From: an uncultured Enterobacterales bacterium
GTDB lineage: Bacteria; Myxococcota_A; UBA796; JAFGLY01
Reading direction: 5' to 3'
DNA length: 64,000 nt
NCBI GenBank assembly: GCA_964481655.1
Contig: CAYZVO010000015.1
Location: 789-64,788 of the forward strand
In this document: piece by piece, positions 25,435-34,795 of the stretch
Position numbering within the stretch: the first letter of the stretch is position 1
How the letters are laid out: each line of letters begins with the position of its first letter
Program-made: the position numbers and the translations under genes
Notes under the pieces: generated by a model
What the model was told of the DNA's origin: nothing
The model's database searches: none
What the model saw: only the letters and a program-made list of their open reading frames with translations

Positions 25435-27173
25435 TCCGCGGCGCGCTTTCGGCGCTGCTCCTGACCGCCTGCACCGAGACCCAGGTGCAGGGGCTGGAGC
25501 CCGCCCTGACCGTGGCGCCCGAGTCGGTGCTGTTCGAGGGGGTGCCGCTGGATGGCGAAGGCGAAGCCGTGGTCACCATCGGCAACGCCGGCGGGGGCAC
25601 GCTGCAGCTGGAGGGCTTCTCGACCGCCAGCCCGTTCTCCGTCGAGGGCGAGCCCCAGGACCTCGAGCCCGGGGCGAGCCTCGCGGTGGGGTTGCGCTTC
25701 TACGCCCTGGCCGATGGCACCCACGAGGGCGCGCTGCGCATCGCGTCCAACGACCCCGAACAGCCCACGGTCGACGTGCCCCTGTCCGCCGTGGTGGTGG
25801 CGCCGGACATCCTGGTGGAGCCCGAGCGGCTGGTGTTCGCCGGCGACGGCGCCCGGCAGCAGCAGCGGATCTACATCAGCAACGAGGGCGAGGGCCCCCT
25901 GGTGCTCGTCACGGCGGCGGTGAGCGACGACGGTGGCGGCGCGTTCGAGCTGGCCCAGGAACCCCAGGACCTGCGGGTGGAGGCCGGAGAGATCACCCAG
26001 CTGGACGTGATCTGCGAGGTGGAGGGCACAGCCATCGGCGCGCTGTCCATCCAGTCCAACGATCCCGACAGCCCCACGGTCGAGGTCTGGCTGGGGGCCG
26101 AGGATCCGGACAACGACACGCCGTCGGCGCCGGTGGTCGCGATCACTCCGGGTGAGCCCGAGGAGGGCGACGGGCTGCTGTGCGAGATCCTGGAGCCCGC
26201 GGTGGACCCCGAGGGCGAACAGGTCGGCTACACCTTCGCGTGGCGTGAGGACGACGCGGCCTGGGCCGGCGCCACGGGGTCCTCGGCCCACGCGGGGGAC
26301 AGCATCGACGGGGCCGAGACCCAGGACCTCGAGATCTGGACCTGCGAGGTGACCCCGAGCGATCCCTGGGGAGCCGGTGACGCGGGTGAGGCCTCAGTGC
26401 AGATCGGCTGCGTCTACGGCGCGGACGAGCGCTGCCCGGGGCTGTCCTGTCTGGACATCCTCGAGCAGGGTGCTGCCGACGGCGACGGGGTCTACTGGAT
26501 CGATCCGCTGGGGGAGGGGGCCTACCAGGTCCACTGCGACATGACGCTGGATGGGGGGGGGTGGACGCTCACCATGGTCTCGAGCGACGACGATCAGACC
26601 ACCTGGACCTGGAACAACCGCACCCTGATGTCCAGCGACGCGCGGCCCGTCGGCTCCCTCGACGCCATCGATCGGGACTTCGAGTCCGCCGCGCACGTCG
26701 ATGTGGTCTTCGCCGACCTGATGTTCTTGCACGCGCCGTCGGGCGTCTGGGCCGCCTACGATCTGGTGGGCGACGGCACGCTGGGGCTCGCGGCCACCAT
26801 CGCCGCCGTCGGAGATCCCGTCTGCTACGACCCGGGCGACGGCTTCGCCATGACCGCGGGCACGCTCACGCTGCAGGGCGATCTGTGCTCCACCGAGCTG
26901 TACTTCAGCCCCCAGGACTGGGACGGCTGGGGCTGCAGCGCGGACAACGACGGGCACACCCACGGCCCGGCGTGGAGCGCGGCGAACAACAGCGGCTGCC
27001 CCTTCGACGATCCGGGCTCCATCTCGGGCCTGGGCCCCAACCAGCACGATGGTCAGCAGGACCTCGAGTGCCGCATGCCCGACGAGAACTGCCTCGGCTT
27101 CGCCGAGAAGGCCGGCCTGAACACCGGAGCCCAGGGCGCGGCGGAGAACTACATGCAGGTGTATGTGCGATGA
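25431..27173 (+). CDS. lipoprotein with N-terminal Ig-like (ASH/choice-of-anchor-D-like) domains and C-terminal fibrinogen-like YCDxxxxGGGW domain
   Basis: GTG 25431 overlaps the upstream TGA. MIRGALSALLLTAC lipobox. Two F..V..G......I.N.G...L modules. C-terminal CPGLSCLDILEQG..DGVYWIDP..AYQVHCDMTLDGGGWTLT is the hallmark of the fibrinogen C-terminal globular domain. Confidence 0.7.
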   Translation: MIRGALSALLLTACTETQVQGLEPALTVAPESVLFEGVPLDGEGEAVVTIGNAGGGTLQLEGFSTASPFSVEGEPQDLEPGASLAVGLRFYALADGTHEGALRIASNDPEQPTVDVPLSAVVVAPDILVEPERLVFAGDGARQQQRIYISNEGEGPLVLVTAAVSDDGGGAFELAQEPQDLRVEAGEITQLDVICEVEGTAIGALSIQSNDPDSPTVEVWLGAEDPDNDTPSAPVVAITPGEPEEGDGLLCEILEPAVDPEGEQVGYTFAWREDDAAWAGATGSSAHAGDSIDGAETQDLEIWTCEVTPSDPWGAGDAGEASVQIGCVYGADERCPGLSCLDILEQGAADGDGVYWIDPLGEGAYQVHCDMTLDGGGWTLTMVSSDDDQTTWTWNNRTLMSSDARPVGSLDAIDRDFESAAHVDVVFADLMFLHAPSGVWAAYDLVGDGTLGLAATIAAVGDPVCYDPGDGFAMTAGTLTLQGDLCSTELYFSPQDWDGWGCSADNDGHTHGPAWSAANNSGCPFDDPGSISGLGPNQHDGQQDLECRMPDENCLGFAEKAGLNTGAQGAAENYMQVYVR

Positions 27174-29293
27174 ATCCCCGACTCTCCCTGCTGCTCCTGA
27201 TCCTCACTGCCTGCAGCTCCAGCCAGGACCAGGACATGGACGGCTTCGGTGTGCTGCAGGGGGACTGTGACGACCACGACGACACCATCCACCCGGCCGC
27301 GCCCGAGGTCTGCAACGGCCTCGACGACGACTGCGACGGGACCGTGGACGACGACGCTGCCGGTGGTGACTGGTTCTACCCGGACGCCGACGGCGACGGC
27401 TACGGGCTGACCGCCTTCCCGGCCCAGCACTGCGCCGAGTCGGTGCCCGGCTGGACCCGGGAGCGGGGCGACTGCGACGAGGGCGACGCCAGCATCCATC
27501 CCGGCGCCGATGAGCTCTGCAACGGCGTGGACGACGACTGCGACGAGCGGGTCGATGAGAACGCCGCGGACGTCACCACCTGGTACGCCGACGACGACGG
27601 GGATGGGTTTGGAGACAGCGATCGCAGCTGGCCCGCCTGCATGCAGCCCGAGGGCTGGGTGGAGCACGGTGGGGACTGCGACGACGGCGATCCAGCGGTG
27701 CACCCCGACGCCGATGAGAGCTGCCTGACCGAGTCGGACGACGACTGCGACGGTGAGGCCAACGAGGTGGACGCGGTGGCGTGCTCCGACTGGTACGAGG
27801 ACGCGGACGGCGACGGCTACGGCGGCGACGGGCTCTGCCTCTGCGAGGCCGCGGAGCCCTTCACCCTCGAGGCCTCGGAGGACTGCGACGACGGGGACGA
27901 GGGGGTGCACCCCGGAGCCGAGGAGCTGGACGACCTGGTGGACCAGGACTGCGACGGCCAGGCGGCCGTCAGCGCCGACATCCTCGGGATCTCCATCAGC
28001 GGCGAGGACTACGCCGACTACGCCGGCATCGCCCTGGCGCTGGTGGGCGACACCGACGGGGACGGCTGGGATGACCTGCTCATCGGGGCCCACGGGGACG
28101 ACAGCATCGGCAACGCCACGGGTGCCGCCTACCTGGTGGCCGGTCCCATCACCGCCTCGATGGACCTGGCGGATGCCCAGGCGAAGCTGCTGGGAGAAGC
28201 CGGCAACGACTACACCGGGCTCAGCATGGCCCCGGCGGGCGATCTCGACGGCGACGGGCTGGCCGACCTGCTGGTGGGCGCCTATCGCAACGATCGTGGG
28301 GGCACGGACGCCGGCGCGGTGTTCCTCGTGCACGGCCCGGTGGAGGGTGAGATCGAGCTGGGCGTCGCCGCCCTGGCGTTCACCGGCGAGGGCTCCTACC
28401 ACTACGCCGGCTACGCCCTGGACGGCGGCGGCGACCTGACCGGGGATGGGTGGCCCGATGTGGCCATCGGAGCCTACCTGGCCGACGGCGCCGGCAGCAG
28501 CGCTGGTGCGGTCTACGTGCTCGAAGGGCCGGTGGACGAGGGGGGCTCGCTGCCCGAGATCGGCCTGATCCTGGAGCCCTACAGCAGCGGCAGCTCCTTC
28601 GGCTACGACCTCTGCTCGCTGGACCTGGACGGTGACGGTGTGGACGAGCTGGCCGTCGGGGCCCTCACCACCGATCTCGAGGAGAGCAACACCGGCTCTG
28701 TGATGGTGTACCGGGGGCCGGTGCAGCACGCGGGCGACTACCCCGACAGCGAGATCTACGGCACCCTGTCGGGGGACTACCTGGGGCGCACGGTGGCCGA
28801 CGGAGGCGATCTCGATGGCGACGGCGTCCCCGACCTCGTCATCGGGAGCCAGGACGCCGACTACGTGCGCATCAACGCCGGTGTCCTCTACGTCATCGAT
28901 GAGCTCCCCGTGGGCCAGGAGGACGTGCACGAGACCTGGTCCGCGCGCATCGTAGGCGCCGGGGAGACGGACAACATCACCCAGGTGGAGTCCGCAGGGG
29001 ACATCGACGGAGACGGCTGGGGCGACCTGGTGCTGGGAGCCCGCTACCACGACGCCGCCGGGGAGTCCGCGGGCCAGGCCTACCTGCTGCTCGGCCCCGT
29101 CGAGGGCTCCATCGACCTGCAGGACGCGCCCCTGATCATCGACGGCGCGGAGGCGGGCGACGCCGTGGGCTGCGCCGTGGCGGGGGGCGTCGATCTCGAC
29201 GGCGGAGGCGAGCTGGACTTCCTGTTCAGCGCCATCTACGCGGGCGAGGACACCGAGGGCCTGGTCTACCTGGCCCAGGGGGAGGACCGATGA
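27170..29293 (+). CDS. lipoprotein with MopE-type putative metal-binding repeats plus FG-GAP (integrin-alpha-like) repeats, copy A
   Basis: ATG 27170 overlaps the upstream TGA. MNPRLSLLLLILTAC. Four to five GDCDDxD..IHPGA.E.CNG.DDDCDG units, then repeated GD.DGDG..D..IGA FG-GAP blades. Confidence 0.8.
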   Translation: MNPRLSLLLLILTACSSSQDQDMDGFGVLQGDCDDHDDTIHPAAPEVCNGLDDDCDGTVDDDAAGGDWFYPDADGDGYGLTAFPAQHCAESVPGWTRERGDCDEGDASIHPGADELCNGVDDDCDERVDENAADVTTWYADDDGDGFGDSDRSWPACMQPEGWVEHGGDCDDGDPAVHPDADESCLTESDDDCDGEANEVDAVACSDWYEDADGDGYGGDGLCLCEAAEPFTLEASEDCDDGDEGVHPGAEELDDLVDQDCDGQAAVSADILGISISGEDYADYAGIALALVGDTDGDGWDDLLIGAHGDDSIGNATGAAYLVAGPITASMDLADAQAKLLGEAGNDYTGLSMAPAGDLDGDGLADLLVGAYRNDRGGTDAGAVFLVHGPVEGEIELGVAALAFTGEGSYHYAGYALDGGGDLTGDGWPDVAIGAYLADGAGSSAGAVYVLEGPVDEGGSLPEIGLILEPYSSGSSFGYDLCSLDLDGDGVDELAVGALTTDLEESNTGSVMVYRGPVQHAGDYPDSEIYGTLSGDYLGRTVADGGDLDGDGVPDLVIGSQDADYVRINAGVLYVIDELPVGQEDVHETWSARIVGAGETDNITQVESAGDIDGDGWGDLVLGARYHDAAGESAGQAYLLLGPVEGSIDLQDAPLIIDGAEAGDAVGCAVAGGVDLDGGGELDFLFSAIYAGEDTEGLVYLAQGEDR

Positions 29294-31221
29294 GCGCGCG
29301 CACCCCCTTCATGTTCGTTCTGCTGTGCTCGGCCTGCACCGACTACGGCGTGAACATCATCGAGCTGCCCGATCCCGATCCGCCGGACACCGAGGTTCCC
29401 GGAGACAGCGAGCGCTTCGACAGCGGGCCCCCACTGGACACCGACGCGCCGCCCGCCTGCTCGGATGGTCCCTGGCCCGAGGGCGAGGCTGCGGTGGACG
29501 AGACCTGTCGCTGGGAGCCCGAGACCGGCACCTTCCGGCCGGTGATCGAGTGGTGGATGTCCAGTTTCGACGAGCACCCCCAGTTCGCCAGCACCACGGT
29601 CACGCCGGCGGTCGGCCAGCTCACCGACGACGACGGCGACGGCGACATCGACAGCGACGACACCCCCGACATCGCCGCGGTCTTCTACGAGGAGCTCGAC
29701 AACCGCTACGAGACCGTGCTGCGCCTGATCTCCGGCGACGGATCGGGTGTGCACTGGAGCGTGAAGGGCGCGGAGCTGGACGGCACCACCTGGCACCCGT
29801 ACCAGAACGCCAACTGTGCCTTGGCGGACATCGGGGCCGACGGTCGGGCCGAGATCGCCACCACTGTCAACGACGGCAGCACCTGCCGGGCGGGCTTGTT
29901 CGACAACCAGGGCGCCCTGCTGTGGGTCAACACCGACGTGGCGCTCAAGTGCGGCAACAACGCGCCCGCCTTCGCCGATCTCGAAGGCGACGGCGTGGTG
30001 GAGCTGGTGTACGGACCGTTCATCTTCGACGCGGCCAGCGGTCAGCTGCTGGGCGAAGGCAGCCACGGCACCGGCTGCAACCAGGGCTACTCCTGGGGTG
30101 GCTACCACAGCGTGCCCGCAGACCTGGACGGCGACGGCATCCAGGAGATCGTGGCCGGTCGGTCGGTGTATCGGCCCGATGGCGAACACCACTGCTTCGC
30201 CGACTTCGAGGACGGCTACGCGGCGGTGGCCGATCTCGACGGCGATGGGCTCGGGGAGTTCGTCATCACCGGCGCCGGTGATGTGCGCCTCTTCGAGCAC
30301 GACTGCTGGTACATCGACGGCTGGGAGCTGGACGACGAGGGGAGCGGTGGGCCGGCGACCATCGCCGACTACGACGGCGATGGCGAGCCCGAGATCGGGG
30401 TCGCCTCCTACGGCCACTACACCGTCTACGAGACGGACGGCAGCCTGCTGTGGCGCAACGACGTGCAGGACCACAGCTCGTCCTCCACGGGCTCGTCTGT
30501 CTACGACTTCGACGGCGATGGTTACGCCGAGGTCGTCTATGCCGACGAGGAGGACCTCTGGATCTTCCAGGGCATCGACGGCGCCGTGCGTATGCGGGAC
30601 GGAACCCACTGGTCCTGGACGGGCAACGAGCTGCCCGTCGTCGTGGACGTGGACGGCGACGGTGAGGTGGAGATCGTGGTCTCGGACCTCGAGGGCATCT
30701 TCGTGGTCGGCGACCAGGACCACAGCTGGGTGGCCGGCCGCCAGGTTTGGAATCAGCCCAGCTACAACATCACCAACGTCAACGACGACCTGACCATCCC
30801 CGCCATCCCCGATCCCAACTGGCCCGAGCACAACAACTTCCGCTCCGGCGACATCACCCCGGCCTTCGGCGCGGCCGCCCCCGACGCGGCGCCCCTGCTG
30901 GTGGACGTCTGCACCCTCGAGTGCGACGCCGGGCTCCTGCAGCTCACCATCCAGGTGGGCGACAGCGGGCTCGAGGCCCTCGAACCAGGCGTCGCCATCG
31001 CCGTGTACGCCGGGGCCGAGGCCAGCGGCGATCCCCTCGCCACGGGGAACACCAGCGAGGCCGTGCCTTCTGGCGGCGCCAGCGAGGCCATCGTCGTCGA
31101 GCTGGACGTGTCCGCCACCGCGCTCGAGGCCCTCACCGTGGTGGTGGACCCCGACGACGCGCTGTCCGAGTGCAGCGAGGACAACAACACCATCGTCATC
31201 CAGGAGGGGCTGTGTCCCTGA
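29290..31221 (+). CDS. FG-GAP/VCBS beta-propeller lipoprotein with C-terminal CARDB-like domain, copy A
   Basis: ATG 29290 overlaps the upstream TGA. MSARTPFMFVLLCSAC. About 8 DxDGDG.E calcium-loop blades. C-terminus ends ...SECSEDNNTIVIQ, typical of CARDB. Confidence 0.8.
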   Translation: MSARTPFMFVLLCSACTDYGVNIIELPDPDPPDTEVPGDSERFDSGPPLDTDAPPACSDGPWPEGEAAVDETCRWEPETGTFRPVIEWWMSSFDEHPQFASTTVTPAVGQLTDDDGDGDIDSDDTPDIAAVFYEELDNRYETVLRLISGDGSGVHWSVKGAELDGTTWHPYQNANCALADIGADGRAEIATTVNDGSTCRAGLFDNQGALLWVNTDVALKCGNNAPAFADLEGDGVVELVYGPFIFDAASGQLLGEGSHGTGCNQGYSWGGYHSVPADLDGDGIQEIVAGRSVYRPDGEHHCFADFEDGYAAVADLDGDGLGEFVITGAGDVRLFEHDCWYIDGWELDDEGSGGPATIADYDGDGEPEIGVASYGHYTVYETDGSLLWRNDVQDHSSSSTGSSVYDFDGDGYAEVVYADEEDLWIFQGIDGAVRMRDGTHWSWTGNELPVVVDVDGDGEVEIVVSDLEGIFVVGDQDHSWVAGRQVWNQPSYNITNVNDDLTIPAIPDPNWPEHNNFRSGDITPAFGAAAPDAAPLLVDVCTLECDAGLLQLTIQVGDSGLEALEPGVAIAVYAGAEASGDPLATGNTSEAVPSGGASEAIVVELDVSATALEALTVVVDPDDALSECSEDNNTIVIQEGLCP

Positions 31222-32654
31222 TCGCCCTGACCACCGCCGCCCTGCTGCTCCCCGCCTGCGACCGCTCCGAGTGCGGCCCTGGCACCCACCTCGAGGACGG
31301 CGTGTGCGTGCTGGACGAGGACACCGACGTCGAGGGAGACACCGACACCGACGCGGACGCCGACACGGACAGCGACACGGACGCCGACGCCGACGCCGAC
31401 ACGGACGCCGACGCCGACACGGACGCCGACACCGACATCCACAGCCCGCGCAGCTTCCCCGAGGTCATGGACCGCGTCGCCGTGTTCGCTGATCAGTTCT
31501 GGCCCTACACCGACGAGCAGGCCCAGGTGATGGCGGAGAGGTTCCTGGGCACCCAGAAGATCTTCCTGGATCAGTCCGCCGCCATCCGTACCCACGACGA
31601 GGACTTCCTGGTCCTGCACTACCACCTCTGCATCTGGCAGCAGCAGCCCGACCACCAGCTCATCATCGACGGCGAGAACTGGGGCAACGACTTCGAGTTC
31701 GTGACGAAGCACGAGGACTGGTTCTGGCACAACGAGGCCGGCGAGCGGGTGCGCTCGAGCAGCGACGGCAAGTACCTGATGAACATCTCGAACACCGAGT
31801 TCATCGAGTACTGGAAGTCCTCCATCCTCGAGCAGATGCGCCTGGGGGACTACGACGGCGTGTTCCTGGACTCCTGCTCCACCGGGTTGCTCAACAGCGA
31901 AGCCTTGGGAGGCACCTACGACGGCGAGGAGGTGCCGGGTGAGGCCCGCTTCGCGGGCACCGGAGCCCTCAGCAGCTTCGACGAGCTCGGCGGGCTGACC
32001 TGGCCCCAGGCCTACGAGGCCTTCATGTCGGAGATCTGCGCCCACTACGAGTCCTACGGCTACGCCTGCTTGCCCAATGTCGGCAACCAGACCACCACCT
32101 GGGACCCCACCGACTACGACGACACATCCACGGGCGGCATGGTGGAGAACGCCTTCAACGTCAGCACGGAGGGTGATTGGGTGCAGGTGGCGAACCGCAT
32201 CCTGGGCCTCACCGACGGGATCATCATCCTGCAGTCCTACCCGAGCGACTCCGACATCGATGCACGCCAGTACTACCTGGGCAGCTACCTGTTGGTGAGG
32301 GAAGCGCGGACCTACATCAGCTACTTCTCGGCGCACACCTTCTCCTGGTTCCCGGAGTGGGATGTCCCCCTGGGCGCGCCCACCGAGTCCGCTGCGGGCG
32401 AGGACGTCTCCACCCTGGCCTGGAGCGGGGTCTACCGGCGCCGCTTCGACCACGGCTTCGTGCTGGTCAATCCCCACGACGACGCGGCGGAGGTGACCCT
32501 CGAGGCCACCGCCTGGCGGGCCGTCCCGACCGGAGGCGGCCCGCTCAACCGCGCGGGCACCAACGACGCCAAGCTCGCCTACGAGGCCGTGAGCGGCGTG
32601 ACGATGGACCCCTGGAGCGCCGCGATCTTCCTGAACAGCGCGCCCGCGGAGTAG
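31212..32654 (+). CDS. TIM-barrel glycoside-hydrolase-like lipoprotein (GHL15/GH114-like) with CGPGTHLEDG/DTD leader
   Basis: GTG 31212 after CAGGAGGGG, with a 10-nt overlap of the upstream gene. VSLIALTTAALLLPAC, ECGPGTHLEDGVCV and a long DTD/DAD linker. The body (WFWHNEAGERV..YLMNISNTEFIEYWK..YDGVFLDS) resembles hypothetical glycosyl hydrolase-like families. The function call is tentative. Confidence 0.6.
   Translation: MSLIALTTAALLLPACDRSECGPGTHLEDGVCVLDEDTDVEGDTDTDADADTDSDTDADADADTDADADTDADTDIHSPRSFPEVMDRVAVFADQFWPYTDEQAQVMAERFLGTQKIFLDQSAAIRTHDEDFLVLHYHLCIWQQQPDHQLIIDGENWGNDFEFVTKHEDWFWHNEAGERVRSSSDGKYLMNISNTEFIEYWKSSILEQMRLGDYDGVFLDSCSTGLLNSEALGGTYDGEEVPGEARFAGTGALSSFDELGGLTWPQAYEAFMSEICAHYESYGYACLPNVGNQTTTWDPTDYDDTSTGGMVENAFNVSTEGDWVQVANRILGLTDGIIILQSYPSDSDIDARQYYLGSYLLVREARTYISYFSAHTFSWFPEWDVPLGAPTESAAGEDVSTLAWSGVYRRRFDHGFVLVNPHDDAAEVTLEATAWRAVPTGGGPLNRAGTNDAKLAYEAVSGVTMDPWSAAIFLNSAPAE
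31338..31436 (+). repeat. imperfect hexanucleotide repeat encoding a D-T-D-A linker
   Basis: gacaccgacaccgacgcggacgccgacacggacagcgac... read directly. In frame in CDS 31212..32654. Confidence 0.9.
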
Positions 32655-32662
32655 GCCTGAGC

Positions 32663-34795
32663 ATGCGCACCGCCTGCCCCCTCCTGCTGCTGCTCCTGGC
32701 CGGCTGCAGCTCCGGCCAGGACCAGGACATGGACGGCTTCGGGGTGCTGCAGGGCGACTGCGACGACCACGACCCCACCATCCATCCCGCGGCGCCGGAG
32801 GTCTGCAACGGCATCGACGACGACTGCGATGGGACGGTGGATGACGACGCCGAGGGCGGCGAGTGGTTCTACGTGGACGCCGACGGCGACGGCTGGGGCT
32901 TGTCCGCTTACGCCGAGCAGCACTGCGCCAGTGAGGTCGCCGGCTGGGCCCAGCAACGCGGGGACTGCAACGACTACGACCCGGGGGTCCACCCGGGGGC
33001 CGACGAGCTGTGCAACGGCACCGACGACGACTGCGACGGCCGCACGGACGAGGGCGCGGTGGATGCGGCCACCTGGTACGCGGACGACGACGGGGATGGG
33101 TGGGGGGATGAGGGCATCAACTGGCCTGCCTGCGAGCAGCCCAGCGGCTGGATCGCCCAGGGGGGCGACTGCGACGACGGCGATCCCGACGTGCATCCCG
33201 AGGCCGGGGAGGTCTGCTGGACCAGCTTCGACGACGACTGCGACGGAGAGCCCAACGAGCAGGACGCGGCCGGGTGCGAGATCTTCCACGAGGATGCGGA
33301 CGGAGACGGGTACGGAGGCGCGGGGGCTTGCTTCTGCGAGGCCGTGGATCCCTGGCTGCTCGACGACGCCACGGACTGCGATGACCACGACGCCTCCATC
33401 CACCCGGGCGCCGAAGATCTGGACGATCTCATCGACCAGGACTGCGACGGCGGGGTGAACCTGGCGGTCTCGGCCATGACGCTGCGGGTGACTGGGGAGT
33501 ACGAGAACGACAACGCCGGCATCAGCGCTGCCATGGTGGGCGACGTGGACGGGGACGGCTGGGGCGATCTACTGGTGGGCGCCCACGGCGACGACAGCAA
33601 CGCCAGCGCCTCGGGTGCGGCCTACCTGGTGCGGGGTCCGATCACGGCCGATGTGGCCTTGGTCGACGCCGAGGCCAAGCTCGTCGGCGCCAGCTACGCC
33701 GACTACGCGGGCTGGCAGGTCGCGCCGGCGGGGGACCAGGACGGGGACGGCTACGCCGACCTGCTCGTGGCAGCCTACGGCTGTGACGAACAGGCGAGCT
33801 CCGCCGGTGTCGCCTACCTGGTCTATGGCCCCGTCAGCGGCGAGCACCAGCTCGAGGACGCCGACGCGGAGCTCTGGGGGCTCGGTGGCGGACTCATGGG
33901 CTGGAACATCGACGGTGGCGAGGATCTCACCGGCGACGGTGTCCCCGATCTGATCCTGGGCGCCTACGCCAGCGACGAGGGTGGCACCGACAGCGGGGTC
34001 GCCTGGCTGGTGCCCGGGCCGGTGACCGGCCAGCACGTGGTGGACGGGATCGCCTTCGGCATCTACGGCGAGCGTGACGACGAGCTCGGCTACAGCGTGG
34101 CCATGGGTGGGGACCAGGACGGCGATGGCCAGCGGGAGCTGCTGCTGGGCGCGCCGGACGACGACCTGGGGGACACCAGCACCGGCTCGCTGCTGATCTT
34201 CAACACCCCGCTGGACACGGACTACCTGACCGCCGACGCCACGCTGTACGGGGAGACCAACTACGATCGCATGGGCCGCTGGGTCGCCGACGGCGGCGAC
34301 ATCGACGGGGATGGCTACGACGATCTGCTCGCCGGCTCCCAGCACGGGGACCTGCTGCGACCCAACGCCGGCACCCTGTGGGTCATCCCGGGCCCGGTCT
34401 GGGGCCAGCTGTGGACCTCGGAGGTGTTGGCGGCGCGCATCGCCGGACCCCACGAGTACGCGGAGGTCTACAAGCTCGAGGGTGCAGGCGACATCGACAA
34501 CGACGGCTTCGACGACGTGGTCATCGGGGGGGAGTACGTGGACGGAGACACAGGCGAGAACCAGGGAGCCGCCTGGCTGCTCTACGGCCCTGTCTCTGGC
34601 AACATCGACCTGGCCGACGATGCCGACGTGAGCTTCCTCTCCGAGGACGCCTCGGACTACCTGGGCGTGTCGGTGCGCGGCGGCGGGGACATCACCGGCG
34701 ACGGGCTGGACGACCTGCTCATCGGCGCTCGGTATGCGGGTGAGGGTGACGTCGGGACCCTGTTCATCCTGCCGGGCCAGGGGGGCGGCTCATGA
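32663..34795 (+). CDS. lipoprotein with MopE-type repeats plus FG-GAP repeats, copy B
   Basis: ATG 32663. MRTACPLLLLLLAGC. Colinear with 27170..29293 over its full length (SSxQDQDMDGFGVLQGDCDDHD..IHPAAPEVCNG.DDDCDGTVDDD identical or near-identical). Confidence 0.8.
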   Translation: MRTACPLLLLLLAGCSSGQDQDMDGFGVLQGDCDDHDPTIHPAAPEVCNGIDDDCDGTVDDDAEGGEWFYVDADGDGWGLSAYAEQHCASEVAGWAQQRGDCNDYDPGVHPGADELCNGTDDDCDGRTDEGAVDAATWYADDDGDGWGDEGINWPACEQPSGWIAQGGDCDDGDPDVHPEAGEVCWTSFDDDCDGEPNEQDAAGCEIFHEDADGDGYGGAGACFCEAVDPWLLDDATDCDDHDASIHPGAEDLDDLIDQDCDGGVNLAVSAMTLRVTGEYENDNAGISAAMVGDVDGDGWGDLLVGAHGDDSNASASGAAYLVRGPITADVALVDAEAKLVGASYADYAGWQVAPAGDQDGDGYADLLVAAYGCDEQASSAGVAYLVYGPVSGEHQLEDADAELWGLGGGLMGWNIDGGEDLTGDGVPDLILGAYASDEGGTDSGVAWLVPGPVTGQHVVDGIAFGIYGERDDELGYSVAMGGDQDGDGQRELLLGAPDDDLGDTSTGSLLIFNTPLDTDYLTADATLYGETNYDRMGRWVADGGDIDGDGYDDLLAGSQHGDLLRPNAGTLWVIPGPVWGQLWTSEVLAARIAGPHEYAEVYKLEGAGDIDNDGFDDVVIGGEYVDGDTGENQGAAWLLYGPVSGNIDLADDADVSFLSEDASDYLGVSVRGGGDITGDGLDDLLIGARYAGEGDVGTLFILPGQGGGS

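Larger units (their letters stand above)
27170..31436 (+). repeat. segmental tandem duplication, unit A (MopE/FG-GAP gene + propeller gene + leader of next gene)
   Basis: Colinear with 32663..36977 at an offset of about 5.5 kb (5493 nt at the first start codons, 5553 nt at the leader block). Gene order, 4-nt junction overlaps and long peptide blocks are conserved. Confidence 0.85.
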
